Below, in pieces: positions 1-11,188 of a stretch of DNA of 64,000 nucleotides. Source of the stretch: an uncultured Methanosarcinales archaeon (GTDB lineage Archaea; Nanobdellota; Nanobdellia; Woesearchaeales; JABMPP01); assembly GCA_964604995.1 (NCBI GenBank), contig CAZSAD010000001.1, positions 62,001 through 126,000 of the forward strand, written 5' to 3'. Under the pieces are notes generated by a model. It had not been told where the DNA came from. It saw only the letters and a list, made by a program, of their open reading frames with translations, and made no database searches. Numbering within the stretch: position 1 is the stretch's first letter; each line of letters opens with the position of its first letter. The position numbers and the translations under genes are program-made.

Positions 1-3000
1 TCTTCTGATATTAATACTGATGCTTCAAATGCAAATGATTCCATTAAAGGTTTAGAAGATGCGGGAATTTATTATACTCCTGGCACAATGGATTTCAAAC
101 CAAAGGATTGCTTGCAAAATCCTATGTCTTGTGGAACAGCATTTAGTGTTGTAGGCCAGGGAAAATATATGCCATTTGAAGATTGTTTTCCCTCTTCAGG
201 CGATGAAGATCTCGATGGTTTAACAAACTGCGATGACAATGATTGCATGATGGTACCATGGTGCACAAATTTCAACTCTTCATATTTAACTTCAGATAAA
301 ACAGCACCAACAATGTATAGTGCAACAGCAGAGCCTTTCAATGATTTTGTGTTTTTGCATTGGACAACAAATGAACCAACAAACAGTACGGTATTTTTGT
401 TTAATTCATCTACTTGCAATGCTGCAACTGCATTAAAAAATACATTCTATGAACTTGGTTCACCTTTATTTACATTTGATGATTTTAGGCCTTGGCACGA
501 TTTACCAATTAAATCAGAAAATCAAGATTCTAATAATGCACCAATAATTTTGACAAGCTTAACTACTTATTTTTATAAGTTAAAAATCTGTGATAAATCA
601 GGAAATTGTGGAACAAGCAGCTGCTTAAATTTTACAACAACACAAGGAGAGCCAGAACAATTTCAATTACAATTCAATTACTTGCCGCCACAAGGCAATG
701 CATTGTTAAATTCAACATCGATAAAAATCTTTAATGGGTCAGATTGGATAACTCTTAGTTCAGACGAAATAAAAAATCAAAGTAATTATCTTTCAAATGC
801 TCAGTTAAAATTCGAAAATTTAGATGCAAACTGGGGAATTGATTTGGCAGGAGTTGATTTTGCAAAAGCAGCAAGTTATAATTTGACAAATGCACTAAAT
901 GCAACTACAGTTGACGGTCAAACTTATGTAGGTATGGATAATGATAAATGGCTGGACATGGCACAAAATTTAGGTGTTGATTATGTAATGTTACAAATAC
1001 CAGGTACTGGTGCAACACTTATGAAATGCAATGAAAATAACATAAGCGATTGCAGTGATGTTACTATACAAGCTGAATTAAACGAGACAAATATTACAGG
1101 AGATTACACAAAATGGAAAATTCCAAAATCACTTGGATTTTCAATGTATGGTGTAGTTTCATCTGCTTCAGGTGGAGTTTCAATTAATTCAAATAAAAAT
1201 TCCTATAAAGTTTATCCAACAGGTGTTGCTTATTATAACTTAACAAATAACAATGTAAGTATATCCGGCCTATTAAATTTAACAATTACAAATAATGGTG
1301 CATCAACTGTAGCTTTTGATGTTTACTATTTTAATGCTTCATCAGTTTGGTCATTACTAAACCCACAAAATATTTCTTTTACAGAAAATTTTAATTTTAC
1401 AAATACAACTTATCAATTTAGAATAAACATGACAATGACTTCACCAATTGGAGTTAATTGGACTATAACTTTTAACATTAGTAATAGTACATCAACACTT
1501 TTAAATTTGCAAGATTATGCTCTTTTAGATGCAATAAATCTAATTTCTCCAATAAATTCAGCTCAAGTAACATCTCTTCCTGTAAATTTAACATTCTTGT
1601 TATATTCAAATAGCACATCAGTACAATCATGTCAATTATATATCGAGAGTATACTTTATAGTAGTGGAGCTGCAAATCCAAGCATTGCATCAGGTATCTT
1701 GTTTTCAAACAGTAGTGAATCAGATGGCATTAAATCTTGGCAAGTATCCTGCGATTTAAATTCTGAAACAGGATATTCTGGAAACAATACATTTGATTTA
1801 GAATTATCACCAACTATTAACATTACAACTTTGTCAATAAGTCCTACAAACAATTCAGTTTATTCACCGTCTCAAACATATGCTTTCAATGTTACAGTGA
1901 CAGATAATGTGGTTGTAAATACAACCTATCTTAATTTTAGCGGAACATTATATAGGATGTCTTTATTAGGCAATAATATTTTTAATGCTACTATACCTAC
2001 TCAAGCAGCAGGAACTTACAATTATTTCTTCTTTGCAAATGATTCAAATGGAAATACACAATCAAGTTCGGTGTACATTTATACTCTACAACAAGCATCA
2101 AGTTCATGTACAATTTCTGCAACATCAACAGTTACTTATCCAAATAATGTAACTATAAATGCAAGTTGCACAAATCCTGAAGCCAATATGGTTCTTTACA
2201 GAAGTGAAAATGATGTAACATCCGAAAATGGAACAGCTGTTCAGCTCGGTGTAGGAAATTATACTTACATCTCAAATGTTTCACAAACACAAAATTATAG
2301 TTCTGCAAATGCAACTTCAATTGTAGCTGTAAGTCAAGGAACAGGAAATGTTGTTTTAACAATAAATGGAACAACTAGCGGAATGGTTATCCAACAAAAT
2401 ACTATAATAACCTTAAATGCAACATTGGCAAATGGTAAGAATGCACTTGTTTCATTGTTTAATAACGGTGCGTCTGTTTTCTCAGTTGCTAATGCAGCAC
2501 AAGGAACAACATTTGGAAACCTTACAAATTTTTCAACAGTCGGAACTTTTAATATAACTGCAATATTTGCAGGCAATACAAATTATACAAGGGAAGTTGA
2601 AACTTTGTGGGTAACAGTTGCAGGAGTAAATACTTCTATCTTAAATGACAGTGTTACAACAACAACAGTTGGTGTAAACACAACTGAAGTTACTCTTACA
2701 TCCAATTCGTCAAATCTTACATCAGTTGTTGTTCCAACAACATCAACACAAACTGTAACAATTAATTTTGCAACTTTAGTCAATGCAGTTGGAAATGCAA
2801 CAATTTCAAACAACTTAACAATTGCAAGAGCAAGTACAGCAACTGTAAATTATACAGTTGTTATTCCAGCAAATACTGTTATCATTGGTGGTTCTGGCTG
2901 GTCTGGAACAATTAATGCTCCAATAGCAAATACATCCACCTCTTCGTTTACGCCTCCTAATGGCACAATGAACACAGTAGTTGAAGTTGGTGGAAGCAGT

Positions 3001-4098
3001 ACAGCTTTGACATTCTCACAGCCAGTTAAAGTTGTAATTGGTGGTGCAACAGGATTAAAAGCAGCATGGACCAGAGGCAATACTACTTTGATAGCAATCA
3101 ACACTTTGTGCACAGGTGCAACCAATGCGAGCAATATCAATAACGGTGAATGTTATTATGACGATGGTGTTGATTTAATAATCTGGACATATCACTTCAC
3201 ATCTTTTGCAGCGTATACTCCCTCTACAAGTGGTTCATCTTCAAGCAGTTCATCAAGTAGCTCAAGTAGTGGCGGTGGTGCTGCAACAACAGATAGTTCA
3301 GTTTCAAGCAAAGTTTGGGATTCGCTTTCACCTGGTTCAACAGTAACTTATAGTTTATCAAGTGCAGATATCCCAGTTACAAAAGTTATATTTTCAGTAT
3401 TAAAATCAGTATCAAATGCTGAAGTTACAGTCAAAGCATTATACTCAAAACCAAGTATAGTAACTAATATTTCAAGTGATAAATATTCTAAAGCTTACAA
3501 ATATTTGGAATTATCAAAAACTAATCTGCCAGATACCTCAATATCAAATATTCAATTGCAATTTACAGTTGCAAAAACCTGGCTTATTGCAAATAATGCA
3601 AAAGAAGAAAATATAGTTTTATTAAGATGGAGCAATAATGCATGGCAAGAATTAGAAACAGTTAAAACTCAAACAAGTTCAACAGCTATAACCTATTCAT
3701 CTTCTCTTCCAGGATTTAGCAATTTTGTAATTGCACTTAAAGCGCCTGCAATAGTAGCATCACAAAACAATACTACTAGAACTGTTAACACTACTTTAAT
3801 AAATCAAACTGCTCAAACTAATGGTTCCGAGTCAACAAGTCAAACCAATGAACAAAACAACCAAAATCAAACAAATTCTTCAGCTAATCAAAATAATATA
3901 CAAAGCATTTCAAAAATGAATATTGGAGCAATAATTTGGATAATTGTATTTGCTTTGATAGCAATTCTTGCTGCAGTTGTTGTATATATAATTTTTAATA
4001 AACAAGATAAAAAGCACAACGATACTTCTTTAACAGATAAAACAAATCATTTAGAATCTAAATCTGAAGAAACTAAAAAAGAAGACAAAAAAGATTAG
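1..4098 (+). CDS. Large cell-surface glycoprotein with PGF-pre-PGF-like domain and C-terminal membrane anchor (5'-truncated by window edge)
   Basis: Frame is open from base 1; Asn/Thr/Ser-rich with many N-X-S/T sequons; poly-Ser/Gly linker; domain ending SSSLPGFSNFVIA; hydrophobic TM followed by charged tail. Confidence 0.75.
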   Translation, partial: SSDINTDASNANDSIKGLEDAGIYYTPGTMDFKPKDCLQNPMSCGTAFSVVGQGKYMPFEDCFPSSGDEDLDGLTNCDDNDCMMVPWCTNFNSSYLTSDKTAPTMYSATAEPFNDFVFLHWTTNEPTNSTVFLFNSSTCNAATALKNTFYELGSPLFTFDDFRPWHDLPIKSENQDSNNAPIILTSLTTYFYKLKICDKSGNCGTSSCLNFTTTQGEPEQFQLQFNYLPPQGNALLNSTSIKIFNGSDWITLSSDEIKNQSNYLSNAQLKFENLDANWGIDLAGVDFAKAASYNLTNALNATTVDGQTYVGMDNDKWLDMAQNLGVDYVMLQIPGTGATLMKCNENNISDCSDVTIQAELNETNITGDYTKWKIPKSLGFSMYGVVSSASGGVSINSNKNSYKVYPTGVAYYNLTNNNVSISGLLNLTITNNGASTVAFDVYYFNASSVWSLLNPQNISFTENFNFTNTTYQFRINMTMTSPIGVNWTITFNISNSTSTLLNLQDYALLDAINLISPINSAQVTSLPVNLTFLLYSNSTSVQSCQLYIESILYSSGAANPSIASGILFSNSSESDGIKSWQVSCDLNSETGYSGNNTFDLELSPTINITTLSISPTNNSVYSPSQTYAFNVTVTDNVVVNTTYLNFSGTLYRMSLLGNNIFNATIPTQAAGTYNYFFFANDSNGNTQSSSVYIYTLQQASSSCTISATSTVTYPNNVTINASCTNPEANMVLYRSENDVTSENGTAVQLGVGNYTYISNVSQTQNYSSANATSIVAVSQGTGNVVLTINGTTSGMVIQQNTIITLNATLANGKNALVSLFNNGASVFSVANAAQGTTFGNLTNFSTVGTFNITAIFAGNTNYTREVETLWVTVAGVNTSILNDSVTTTTVGVNTTEVTLTSNSSNLTSVVVPTTSTQTVTINFATLVNAVGNATISNNLTIARASTATVNYTVVIPANTVIIGGSGWSGTINAPIANTSTSSFTPPNGTMNTVVEVGGSSTALTFSQPVKVVIGGATGLKAAWTRGNTTLIAINTLCTGATNASNINNGECYYDDGVDLIIWTYHFTSFAAYTPSTSGSSSSSSSSSSSSGGGAATTDSSVSSKVWDSLSPGSTVTYSLSSADIPVTKVIFSVLKSVSNAEVTVKALYSKPSIVTNISSDKYSKAYKYLELSKTNLPDTSISNIQLQFTVAKTWLIANNAKEENIVLLRWSNNAWQELETVKTQTSSTAITYSSSLPGFSNFVIALKAPAIVASQNNTTRTVNTTLINQTAQTNGSESTSQTNEQNNQNQTNSSANQNNIQSISKMNIGAIIWIIVFALIAILAAVVVYIIFNKQDKKHNDTSLTDKTNHLESKSEETKKEDKKD

Positions 4099-4188
4099 CC
4101 TTAAATTTCTAAAATCTTTTTCCATATCTTTTATTAAAAAATAATTAGCACAACAAAATTTATATAACCAAACTTTGTTATTCATCAT

Positions 4189-5298
4189 ATGCCTAAAATA
4201 AATCGCATTAATCATTACTCGATAAAAAAAGCCACTATTTTCTATATTTTTTTTACTATTATAATTTTAATATTTCTTACAAAATCTTCATATGCCTCAT
4301 ATGAAGAGAAATTTTTCTGTGCTAATAATATTTGTATGGAAGGGGAAAAAATTACATACACCTACAAAATTATTCAATCAAATTTTAGTGTAAAATATAC
4401 AGGTATAGAAATCAAAGAATTATTAACAAACACAACTATTGCATTAAAAGATAATTTGGATATTGATGTCACTGCTAAAAAGAATGCAACAATAAGTCTG
4501 TCTGGATTAATCCCTTTTAACATTCTTTCAAATAATTCTCTAGAAAACAACAAATCCAGTTCTAATTCAAATCAAAGTATGAGAACTTATCCTTGTTTTA
4601 AATTTTACATTCAAGATTTAAATGGGAATTCAATTAGTAAAGAATTATATTCATGTTCAGAAGATACAACTAAAATTAATTTTTACACTTTAAAACAATT
4701 GCAATGCAAAATAAATTCAGATTGTCCGTTAATATTCTCCTGCAATTCAAATGAGGGCAAATGTACAAAAATAACTTGTAATGAATGCGAATATGTAAAA
4801 AATCAAGTATGCACTCCATACGAATGCTGCAGTTCAAATGCCTGTCAAGAAAACGAAGCTTGTTTAGATAATACCTGTAAAGTTTTAACTTGCAATCAAG
4901 ACGAACTTCTTGAATCACACGAATGTCTAAAACTTGTATGCAAAGATGATGAATATATTTTTGAACAAGCATGTAGAACTTTAATTTGTCAAAACGATGA
5001 AAAAATTATAAACCACACTTGTGAAAAAGTGGTGTGTGAAGAAAATCAAGAAATTAAAAATGGTGAATGTATAAAATTAAATTGTGCACTTGGAAAAGTT
5101 CCAACAAATCATAAATGTGAAGATTTTAAATGTGGATTTTTTCAAATTGCTGAGCACAATTCATGTACATTTAATTACAGATTATTGCTTAAAATATTGG
5201 TTGCATTAGGGTTAATTTTTGGAATTGGTGGATTTTTATATAAAAAATATAAAGAGCAGCATCAAATACCAATAAATTCATTTCCTCCAATAAATTAA
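4189..5298 (+). CDS. Cys-rich membrane-anchored exported protein
   Basis: Signal peptide, ~16-aa Cys-pair repeats (C..DE....H.C..L.C), C-terminal TM plus KKYK. Confidence 0.7.
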   Translation: MPKINRINHYSIKKATIFYIFFTIIILIFLTKSSYASYEEKFFCANNICMEGEKITYTYKIIQSNFSVKYTGIEIKELLTNTTIALKDNLDIDVTAKKNATISLSGLIPFNILSNNSLENNKSSSNSNQSMRTYPCFKFYIQDLNGNSISKELYSCSEDTTKINFYTLKQLQCKINSDCPLIFSCNSNEGKCTKITCNECEYVKNQVCTPYECCSSNACQENEACLDNTCKVLTCNQDELLESHECLKLVCKDDEYIFEQACRTLICQNDEKIINHTCEKVVCEENQEIKNGECIKLNCALGKVPTNHKCEDFKCGFFQIAEHNSCTFNYRLLLKILVALGLIFGIGGFLYKKYKEQHQIPINSFPPIN

Positions 5299-5378
5299 AT
5301 AATAATTAGGATATTTTAATAATACTAATCAATAATCGTAATTAATAAATTAATAAAAATTTAAAAAAGAGGTTATAG

Positions 5379-7310
5379 ATGGCCGAATTAAGAAGGTCTT
5401 TAGGTTATTGGACTATTATAGCTTTAGCAGTTTCATCTATAATGGGTACTGGTTTATTTTATGGTGCAGGTATAGCCCCAAAATATGCAGGAAATGCCTC
5501 TCTTTTATCATGGTTTATTCTTTCTTTGTTTGCATTGTATATAGCAGCATGCTTTGGTGAATTATCTGCAATGTTCCCAAATGCAGGTGGAGTATATGAA
5601 TTTTGTAAACAAGCATATGGAAGATTTTTTTCTTTTATTATTGGTTGGGTAGCTTGGCTTGTTGGAAATATTACGACTCCATTGTTAGTTGTTGCAGGTG
5701 TAAATCTTATTTTTCCATCTGGCAGTTCTTATCTTATCTACAAAGTTGTTGTAGCAGTTGTTATAATAATAATTTTAAATTATATTGCTTTTTTAGGAGT
5801 TGATGCTAGTGCAGCAGTACTTATTTTTTTAACTCTTATTACATTTACTGTAATATTATCAGTTGCAATTCCAGGTATTTGGAAAATAGATCCTCTCAAT
5901 TACACTCCTTTTTTTAATTTTGGTATGACTGGTGTTTTTGTAGCTATATTTTTTGTAGCAGAAACTTTCTTTGGTTGGGAATCTGTAACATTTCTATCTG
6001 AAGAGACAACTGAACCAGAAAAAGTAATTCCTAAATCTCTAATTATTGGGACAATCATAACTTCAGTTTTGGTATTGCTAATAAATTTAGTTTCACTTGG
6101 GATAATGCCTTGGCAAAAATTAGTTGAATCAAGTATGCCTTTTATGGAAATTGCATCAAGATTGCATTCAGGTGTGGCACTTAAGCTTATAGCAATTGGT
6201 ATTTTTGCAACTCTTATTAACAGTGCATTTGGGGGCATTATGACAATGCCAAGATTATTACTCGCTTTATCAAGAGATAGATTATTTTTATCACATTTTT
6301 CAAAGGTTCATCCAAGAACAAATACTCCTTACAAAGGAATAATCTTTCAAACAGTTGTTTCTCTTATTATTCTTGCTATGGGTTTTGGAACTTATGAACT
6401 TTTGCTTGGTTTACTTTTACCACTTGGATTAGTTATGTATGTTTTTGTTTTGCTTTCTGTTACAATACTTCGATACAAACAACCAGAAAAAATAAGGCCC
6501 TTCAAAGTCCTCTTTGGTAAAATTGGCCCAATCCTTAGTGTTATTTTTATTATTATTTTATTTTTACTTTGGTTAAATAATGAACCAGCATCATTAGCAC
6601 TACTCATGCTTGGATTTTCACTTGTATTATTTGGATTTCCACTATATTTCCTTGTATCTTTATACTATGATCCACAGATGATAACCAATATGAGTGATAT
6701 TTTTGCATACTTTACACTTTTTACAGAAAGATTATCATTGCCGCGTGCAGTTAAAAAAGAAATACTTTCATTGCTTGGAAATATTAAAGGAAAAACAGTT
6801 TTGGAATATGGATGTGGAGTTGGAACCTTAACTGTTAAATTAGCAAAAGAAATAGGTCCAGAAGGTAAAATCTATGCAATTGATTTATCAAAAAATGATT
6901 TGAAAATAACTCAAAGAAGAATGGATCAATTGATTTGGAACTCAAAGGAAATGGAGCATGCAAGAGTAAAAATAATTCATGATGAAATTCAAGTTTTAAG
7001 ATTGCATCCAAGTATAAGGTATGCCGATGCAATTGTTTCAGTTGGAATGCTTGGTTATATACAAGATATTGAAAAAATGTTAAAAGATTTTTACCATATT
7101 CTTCCAAATGAAGGAAAAATATGTTTTGTGGAATATGGTGATTTTTTCAAATTAATTCCTAATGTGGAATGGCTTTCAAAAAATGAAATAATAGAAGAAA
7201 TATTTAGAAGAGCTGGTTTTTCAGTAAATGTGATACGTAAAAAGGGACTTTTTTGGAATTATATTTATGTTTATGGTGTAAAATCACACGATCAAATAAT
7301 AATAGTATAA
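5379..7310 (+). CDS. APC-family amino acid permease fused to C-terminal class I SAM-dependent methyltransferase domain
   Basis: IMGTGLF, ELSAMFPNAGGVYEF, GWESVTFLSEETTEPEKVIPKS, PRLLLALSRD motifs; C-terminal VLEYGCGVG SAM-binding motif I. Confidence 0.85.
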   Translation: MAELRRSLGYWTIIALAVSSIMGTGLFYGAGIAPKYAGNASLLSWFILSLFALYIAACFGELSAMFPNAGGVYEFCKQAYGRFFSFIIGWVAWLVGNITTPLLVVAGVNLIFPSGSSYLIYKVVVAVVIIIILNYIAFLGVDASAAVLIFLTLITFTVILSVAIPGIWKIDPLNYTPFFNFGMTGVFVAIFFVAETFFGWESVTFLSEETTEPEKVIPKSLIIGTIITSVLVLLINLVSLGIMPWQKLVESSMPFMEIASRLHSGVALKLIAIGIFATLINSAFGGIMTMPRLLLALSRDRLFLSHFSKVHPRTNTPYKGIIFQTVVSLIILAMGFGTYELLLGLLLPLGLVMYVFVLLSVTILRYKQPEKIRPFKVLFGKIGPILSVIFIIILFLLWLNNEPASLALLMLGFSLVLFGFPLYFLVSLYYDPQMITNMSDIFAYFTLFTERLSLPRAVKKEILSLLGNIKGKTVLEYGCGVGTLTVKLAKEIGPEGKIYAIDLSKNDLKITQRRMDQLIWNSKEMEHARVKIIHDEIQVLRLHPSIRYADAIVSVGMLGYIQDIEKMLKDFYHILPNEGKICFVEYGDFFKLIPNVEWLSKNEIIEEIFRRAGFSVNVIRKKGLFWNYIYVYGVKSHDQIIIV

Positions 7311-7388
7311 CTTATAGTTAACTTATAGTATAGCTTTTTAGATAAGATTGAAGCAAATATTTATAAATCTAATAAAAAACATAATCTC

Positions 7389-7556
7389 ATGGACAAACAA
7401 ATTCTTATCGGGGTTTATATTTTAATAGGATTTTTTGTAGCTATGAAATTATTTGACTTTCTTTCTAAACCTAGTAAAACTCATAAATCCGAAATGGATA
7501 ATCTACTCAACTCAGAAAAATACAAAGTCAAAGGTAAATTTGAAAATAAAAGTTAA
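7389..7556 (+). CDS. Small single-TM protein (55 aa, not in ORF track)
   Basis: MDKQILIGVYILIGFFVAMKLFDFLSKPSKTHKSEMDNLLNSEKYKVKGKFENKS*; TTTATAAA box ~25 nt upstream. Confidence 0.6.
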   Translation: MDKQILIGVYILIGFFVAMKLFDFLSKPSKTHKSEMDNLLNSEKYKVKGKFENKS

Positions 7557-7925
7557 TAAAATAAATTAAAATAAATTAATAAACAAATTTAACCTTCTAA
7601 TACATTACCGTGTTAACAGAGCAGAGATGAATTAAATGGAATACAATCACCAGCTAATACATAAACAAAAAATTGCTTTCAAAAAAAACACTACAAAAGA
7701 TTCCTCTTTTAAATTTAATGTAAAAAAATATTCATTAGCAATATTTATCACTTATTTTGTTATAGTCCTCTTATTTTTTTATGCATTACATTGAATTATT
7801 ATTTATTATCTAAATTACAAGTTATCTAAATTACAAATATTATTCACTAAAATTAATGCCTAAAATTTTTCATCCCTAAAGTCTCACAACAAAAGTATTT
7901 ATAGGAATAAGCTTAAGTTTACTAA

Positions 7926-9443
7926 ATGCAACTGTTATTCGTATTATTGATTGTTGTTATCTTAGCGCAGCTTTTGGCAGAACTGTGTAAATTAGTTAAG
8001 ATTCCAAGAGTAATTGGGCATATTACAGCAGGTATAATTTTAGGAATACCTTATTTTCAAAGCTGGATATTTACTTCACAAAGTATGGATATAATTCGTT
8101 CTTTAGCCGATATCGGTACAATTCTTTTATTCTTTTTTGTAGGCTTAGAAATAAATCTTTTACAATTCGAGAAAAATATAAATGAATCCTTGAAAATTTC
8201 TTTGTTAAATACAGCAATACCTTTTATTCTTGGCTTTATATTAAGTCAAGCACTTGGATTAACTTTAGTTAAATCATTAATTATTGGGGTTTGTTTAGCT
8301 GTTAGTGCGCAATCAATCTCAATAGATTTTCTAGAAGAGATGAAACTTATAAAAAGTAGAATTGGACAATTAATAATTACAGCTGGGGCAGTTGATGATG
8401 TTGTTGAATTATTGCTCATAAGCGCAGTTTTAGCAGCAATAAACACTGCAATTGGCGGCACGAGTATACTCATGCTTTTAGGAGGGGTATTATTATTTAT
8501 TGTTATAATTATTATCAGTAGAATTTATATTTTGCCGCAAGCTTTAAAACTATTTGAAAAAGGAAAAGATCAAACTTCTTTGTTTACTGGTGCTCTTATT
8601 ATCACTCTTTTGATGGCAGCATTTTCTGAGAAAATGGGACTAGGTTCATTAATGGGAGCATTAATTGGCGGTGTTTTAGTTAGACAAATCCTATTAAAAA
8701 AAGGTGCAAGAGTAGAAGAAGAAACAATGACTAATCTTATCCGTGTAATATCTTTTGGTTTTTTAGTTCCAATCTTTTTTGTTTGGGTAGGTTTAAATAC
8801 TAATGTGACAGATATAATTGACAATTTATGGTTCACAATTGCAATAACTTTAATAGCATTTGCTGGAACAATTGGCGGAACTATCCTTGGTGTTCTTTGG
8901 AGCAAAGGAACAAAAAAAGAAGGGTTAATAGTTGGATGGGGAGTTAATCCTAAAGGTGATGTTGAACTTGTTATTGCATCACTTGCTTTGCAAAAAGGAA
9001 TTTTTAATACAAGTGATTTTTCAGCTGTTATTTTCATGGCTTTTGTAACAACATTAATTTCTCCAATTGTATTTCGCTGGTTAATTAAAGATTACCATGA
9101 AAAACACTTTCAAGAACATAATCTATTAAATTCAGCAAATCCAATAGGTTCCACAAATTTACCAAATAATCAAGTAGCAAATAATCAAATGGTAACTAAT
9201 CAAATGACAAATAATCAACAATCTTTACAATCCAATCAACTTGCAAGTACCCAAACAATGCATTCAGAACAAATATACAAGACATTCCCTTCAATAAATA
9301 CTCCCTTGGATGAAGAAATGCAGGTTCCGCAAACAATTGATTCAGCACAGATAAATATTATTTATGCGTCAAAGATTCCTAAAAATAAAGTTGTAAAAAA
9401 AATTAAAATTCATTCTTCAAAAAAGAAAGTCAAAAGAAGATAA
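7926..9443 (+). CDS. Cation:proton antiporter (CPA2/Kef-type) with low-complexity N/Q-rich tail
   Basis: LLFFFVGLEI, AGAVDD, FLVPIFFVWVGL, PKGDVELVIA motifs; multi-TM. Confidence 0.9.
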   Translation: MQLLFVLLIVVILAQLLAELCKLVKIPRVIGHITAGIILGIPYFQSWIFTSQSMDIIRSLADIGTILLFFFVGLEINLLQFEKNINESLKISLLNTAIPFILGFILSQALGLTLVKSLIIGVCLAVSAQSISIDFLEEMKLIKSRIGQLIITAGAVDDVVELLLISAVLAAINTAIGGTSILMLLGGVLLFIVIIIISRIYILPQALKLFEKGKDQTSLFTGALIITLLMAAFSEKMGLGSLMGALIGGVLVRQILLKKGARVEEETMTNLIRVISFGFLVPIFFVWVGLNTNVTDIIDNLWFTIAITLIAFAGTIGGTILGVLWSKGTKKEGLIVGWGVNPKGDVELVIASLALQKGIFNTSDFSAVIFMAFVTTLISPIVFRWLIKDYHEKHFQEHNLLNSANPIGSTNLPNNQVANNQMVTNQMTNNQQSLQSNQLASTQTMHSEQIYKTFPSINTPLDEEMQVPQTIDSAQINIIYASKIPKNKVVKKIKIHSSKKKVKRR

Positions 9444-9554
9444 ATTAATAAATTTTAAAAAAGAAATCAAAAAAATAATTTTAAAAATTAAAAACAACAA
9501 AAATTAAGAAAATTATTAATTAAAAAATAATTTTAAAAAAATAAATTAAATTGT

Positions 9555-10166
9555 TTATCTACTTGAATCAGCTTGTCTTTCAAGTTCTTGCTTTTTGGCT
9601 ATAGCAGCTGATACCATACTTGAATTACTAGCTGCAATAATCTCGTCAGCAAGTGCAGATTCAATTTTCTTTTTTGAATTAAAAGATTTAGTGTAAGCTC
9701 CTTGTGTCATATATCTTAATGCGACATCAATTCTTCTTTGTGGCGCACATTCAACAGCTTTTGGATATCTTGCTCCACCATATTCAATACTAATAATCTC
9801 TTCTCTTGGTGCAGCATTTTCAATTGCTTTTACTAAAACTTTAACAGGATTATCTTTTGATTTTTTTTCAATTATATCAAGTGCCGATTCAACAATTTTA
9901 GCAGCTGTTTGGCTTTTTCCAGTAAAGCTTCCTGAGCTTTTGTTGTGTTTTTTTGATTTGTGTCCAGAATTCATGAGTTTATTCATTAATCTTTCGACAA
10001 TAAAAACTTTGGATTTATGGAATTTGTTTCCAGCATATCTAGCTCCAGTTTTTGGAACTAATCTTGGTTGAATAGATAAATATGGTCTTAAACCAACATC
10101 TGCAACTTGTATGCCTTCTGTGTCCCATCTTCCAAATACTTTTATTCCTGAACTTTCGCTTACCAT
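9555..10166 (-). CDS. rps7: 30S ribosomal protein S7 (uS7)
   Basis: AIENAAPREE, PQRRIDVALR, ELERQADSSR; operon position. Confidence 0.97.
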   Translation of the reverse strand: MVSESSGIKVFGRWDTEGIQVADVGLRPYLSIQPRLVPKTGARYAGNKFHKSKVFIVERLMNKLMNSGHKSKKHNKSSGSFTGKSQTAAKIVESALDIIEKKSKDNPVKVLVKAIENAAPREEIISIEYGGARYPKAVECAPQRRIDVALRYMTQGAYTKSFNSKKKIESALADEIIAASNSSMVSAAIAKKQELERQADSSR

Positions 10167-10230
10167 ATAAATATCACATCCTCATTAATATTTTTTAATA
10201 TAAATTATATAAATCAAAATAAAGCTAGTT

Positions 10231-10668
10231 TTACTTTCTAGCTTTTTCAATTATGCCCTTTAATAATGCATCTAAACTTTGATCATTAACTTTGATGACT
10301 TGCCATCTAACGCCAGGAATATCTCCTTTTGATTTTCCCATTTTTCCGCCGATGCATTCAATAATTACCTCATCGTGTTCATCAACCATTTTAGTTGCGC
10401 CATCTCTTGGCAAAAATGCAGTAATTTGTCTTCCATTTTTAATAAGTTGAACTCTTGCGCATTTTCTCATTCCTGAGTTTGGTTGCTTTGCTTCAAGTTG
10501 TACTTTTTCAAGAACAATACCTTTAGCTTGACTTGCACCTTCTAATGGGTCTGCTTTTTTCTTTAAGTTCATAACTCTTTTAACGAACCATTTATCATGC
10601 CATCTACCAAAATTTCTTCTTCTGTTCAAACTTTTTGCTGTGTTTAATCCATTTGCTTTGTTAGCCAT
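10231..10668 (-). CDS. rps12: 30S ribosomal protein S12 (uS12)
   Basis: [28 protein letters not shown] at 10668 chosen behind AGGTG RBS. Confidence 0.97.
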   Translation of the reverse strand: MANKANGLNTAKSLNRRRNFGRWHDKWFVKRVMNLKKKADPLEGASQAKGIVLEKVQLEAKQPNSGMRKCARVQLIKNGRQITAFLPRDGATKMVDEHDEVIIECIGGKMGKSKGDIPGVRWQVIKVNDQSLDALLKGIIEKARK

Positions 10669-10767
10669 AATTTGCACCTTCTTTCGAGTGTTTTTGAGTA
10701 TAATCTCTCATTTTTAAACCTTACTGTCGATATTATTTTAATTCTAAATTTTAATGATTTTAATCAA

Positions 10768-11187
10768 TTAAATAACTTTTATTTCAACAATCTCAAAATA
10801 TCTCTTTACGATATTTTCAGTAGTTCTAAGATTTGTTGCACTTCTTCCAATAAGCATACTTTTTGTTTGAGTGTCCTCTCCTTTTAGTGTGATTATTCCT
10901 TTATCATCACTTGTAATCTCACCAACTCTTAAAGGATGGATTACATTTCTTATGAACTGCTCAAGTTTGGGACTAAATTCAACAATCTTTATTTTTTTCT
11001 TGAACATTCTTTCAAGCAATTTTGCATTTTGGCCGCCTTTGCCAATAGCTTTTGAAGCTTCATTTTCATCTACAATAAATAGTAATCCACTTTCAGACAC
11101 AATGCAGTCTTTTACCTTAGACTTTGTAGCATTCTCAAAAATGGGGATAAATTTAATTGTCTCCAAATCAAATTTTATTCTATTCAA
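10768..11187 (-). CDS. nusA: Archaeal NusA-like KH-domain transcription factor
   Basis: AIGKGGQN and LIGRSATN KH motifs; conserved position between eL30 and S12. Confidence 0.92.
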   Translation of the reverse strand: MNRIKFDLETIKFIPIFENATKSKVKDCIVSESGLLFIVDENEASKAIGKGGQNAKLLERMFKKKIKIVEFSPKLEQFIRNVIHPLRVGEITSDDKGIITLKGEDTQTKSMLIGRSATNLRTTENIVKRYFEIVEIKVI

Positions 11188-11188
11188 T

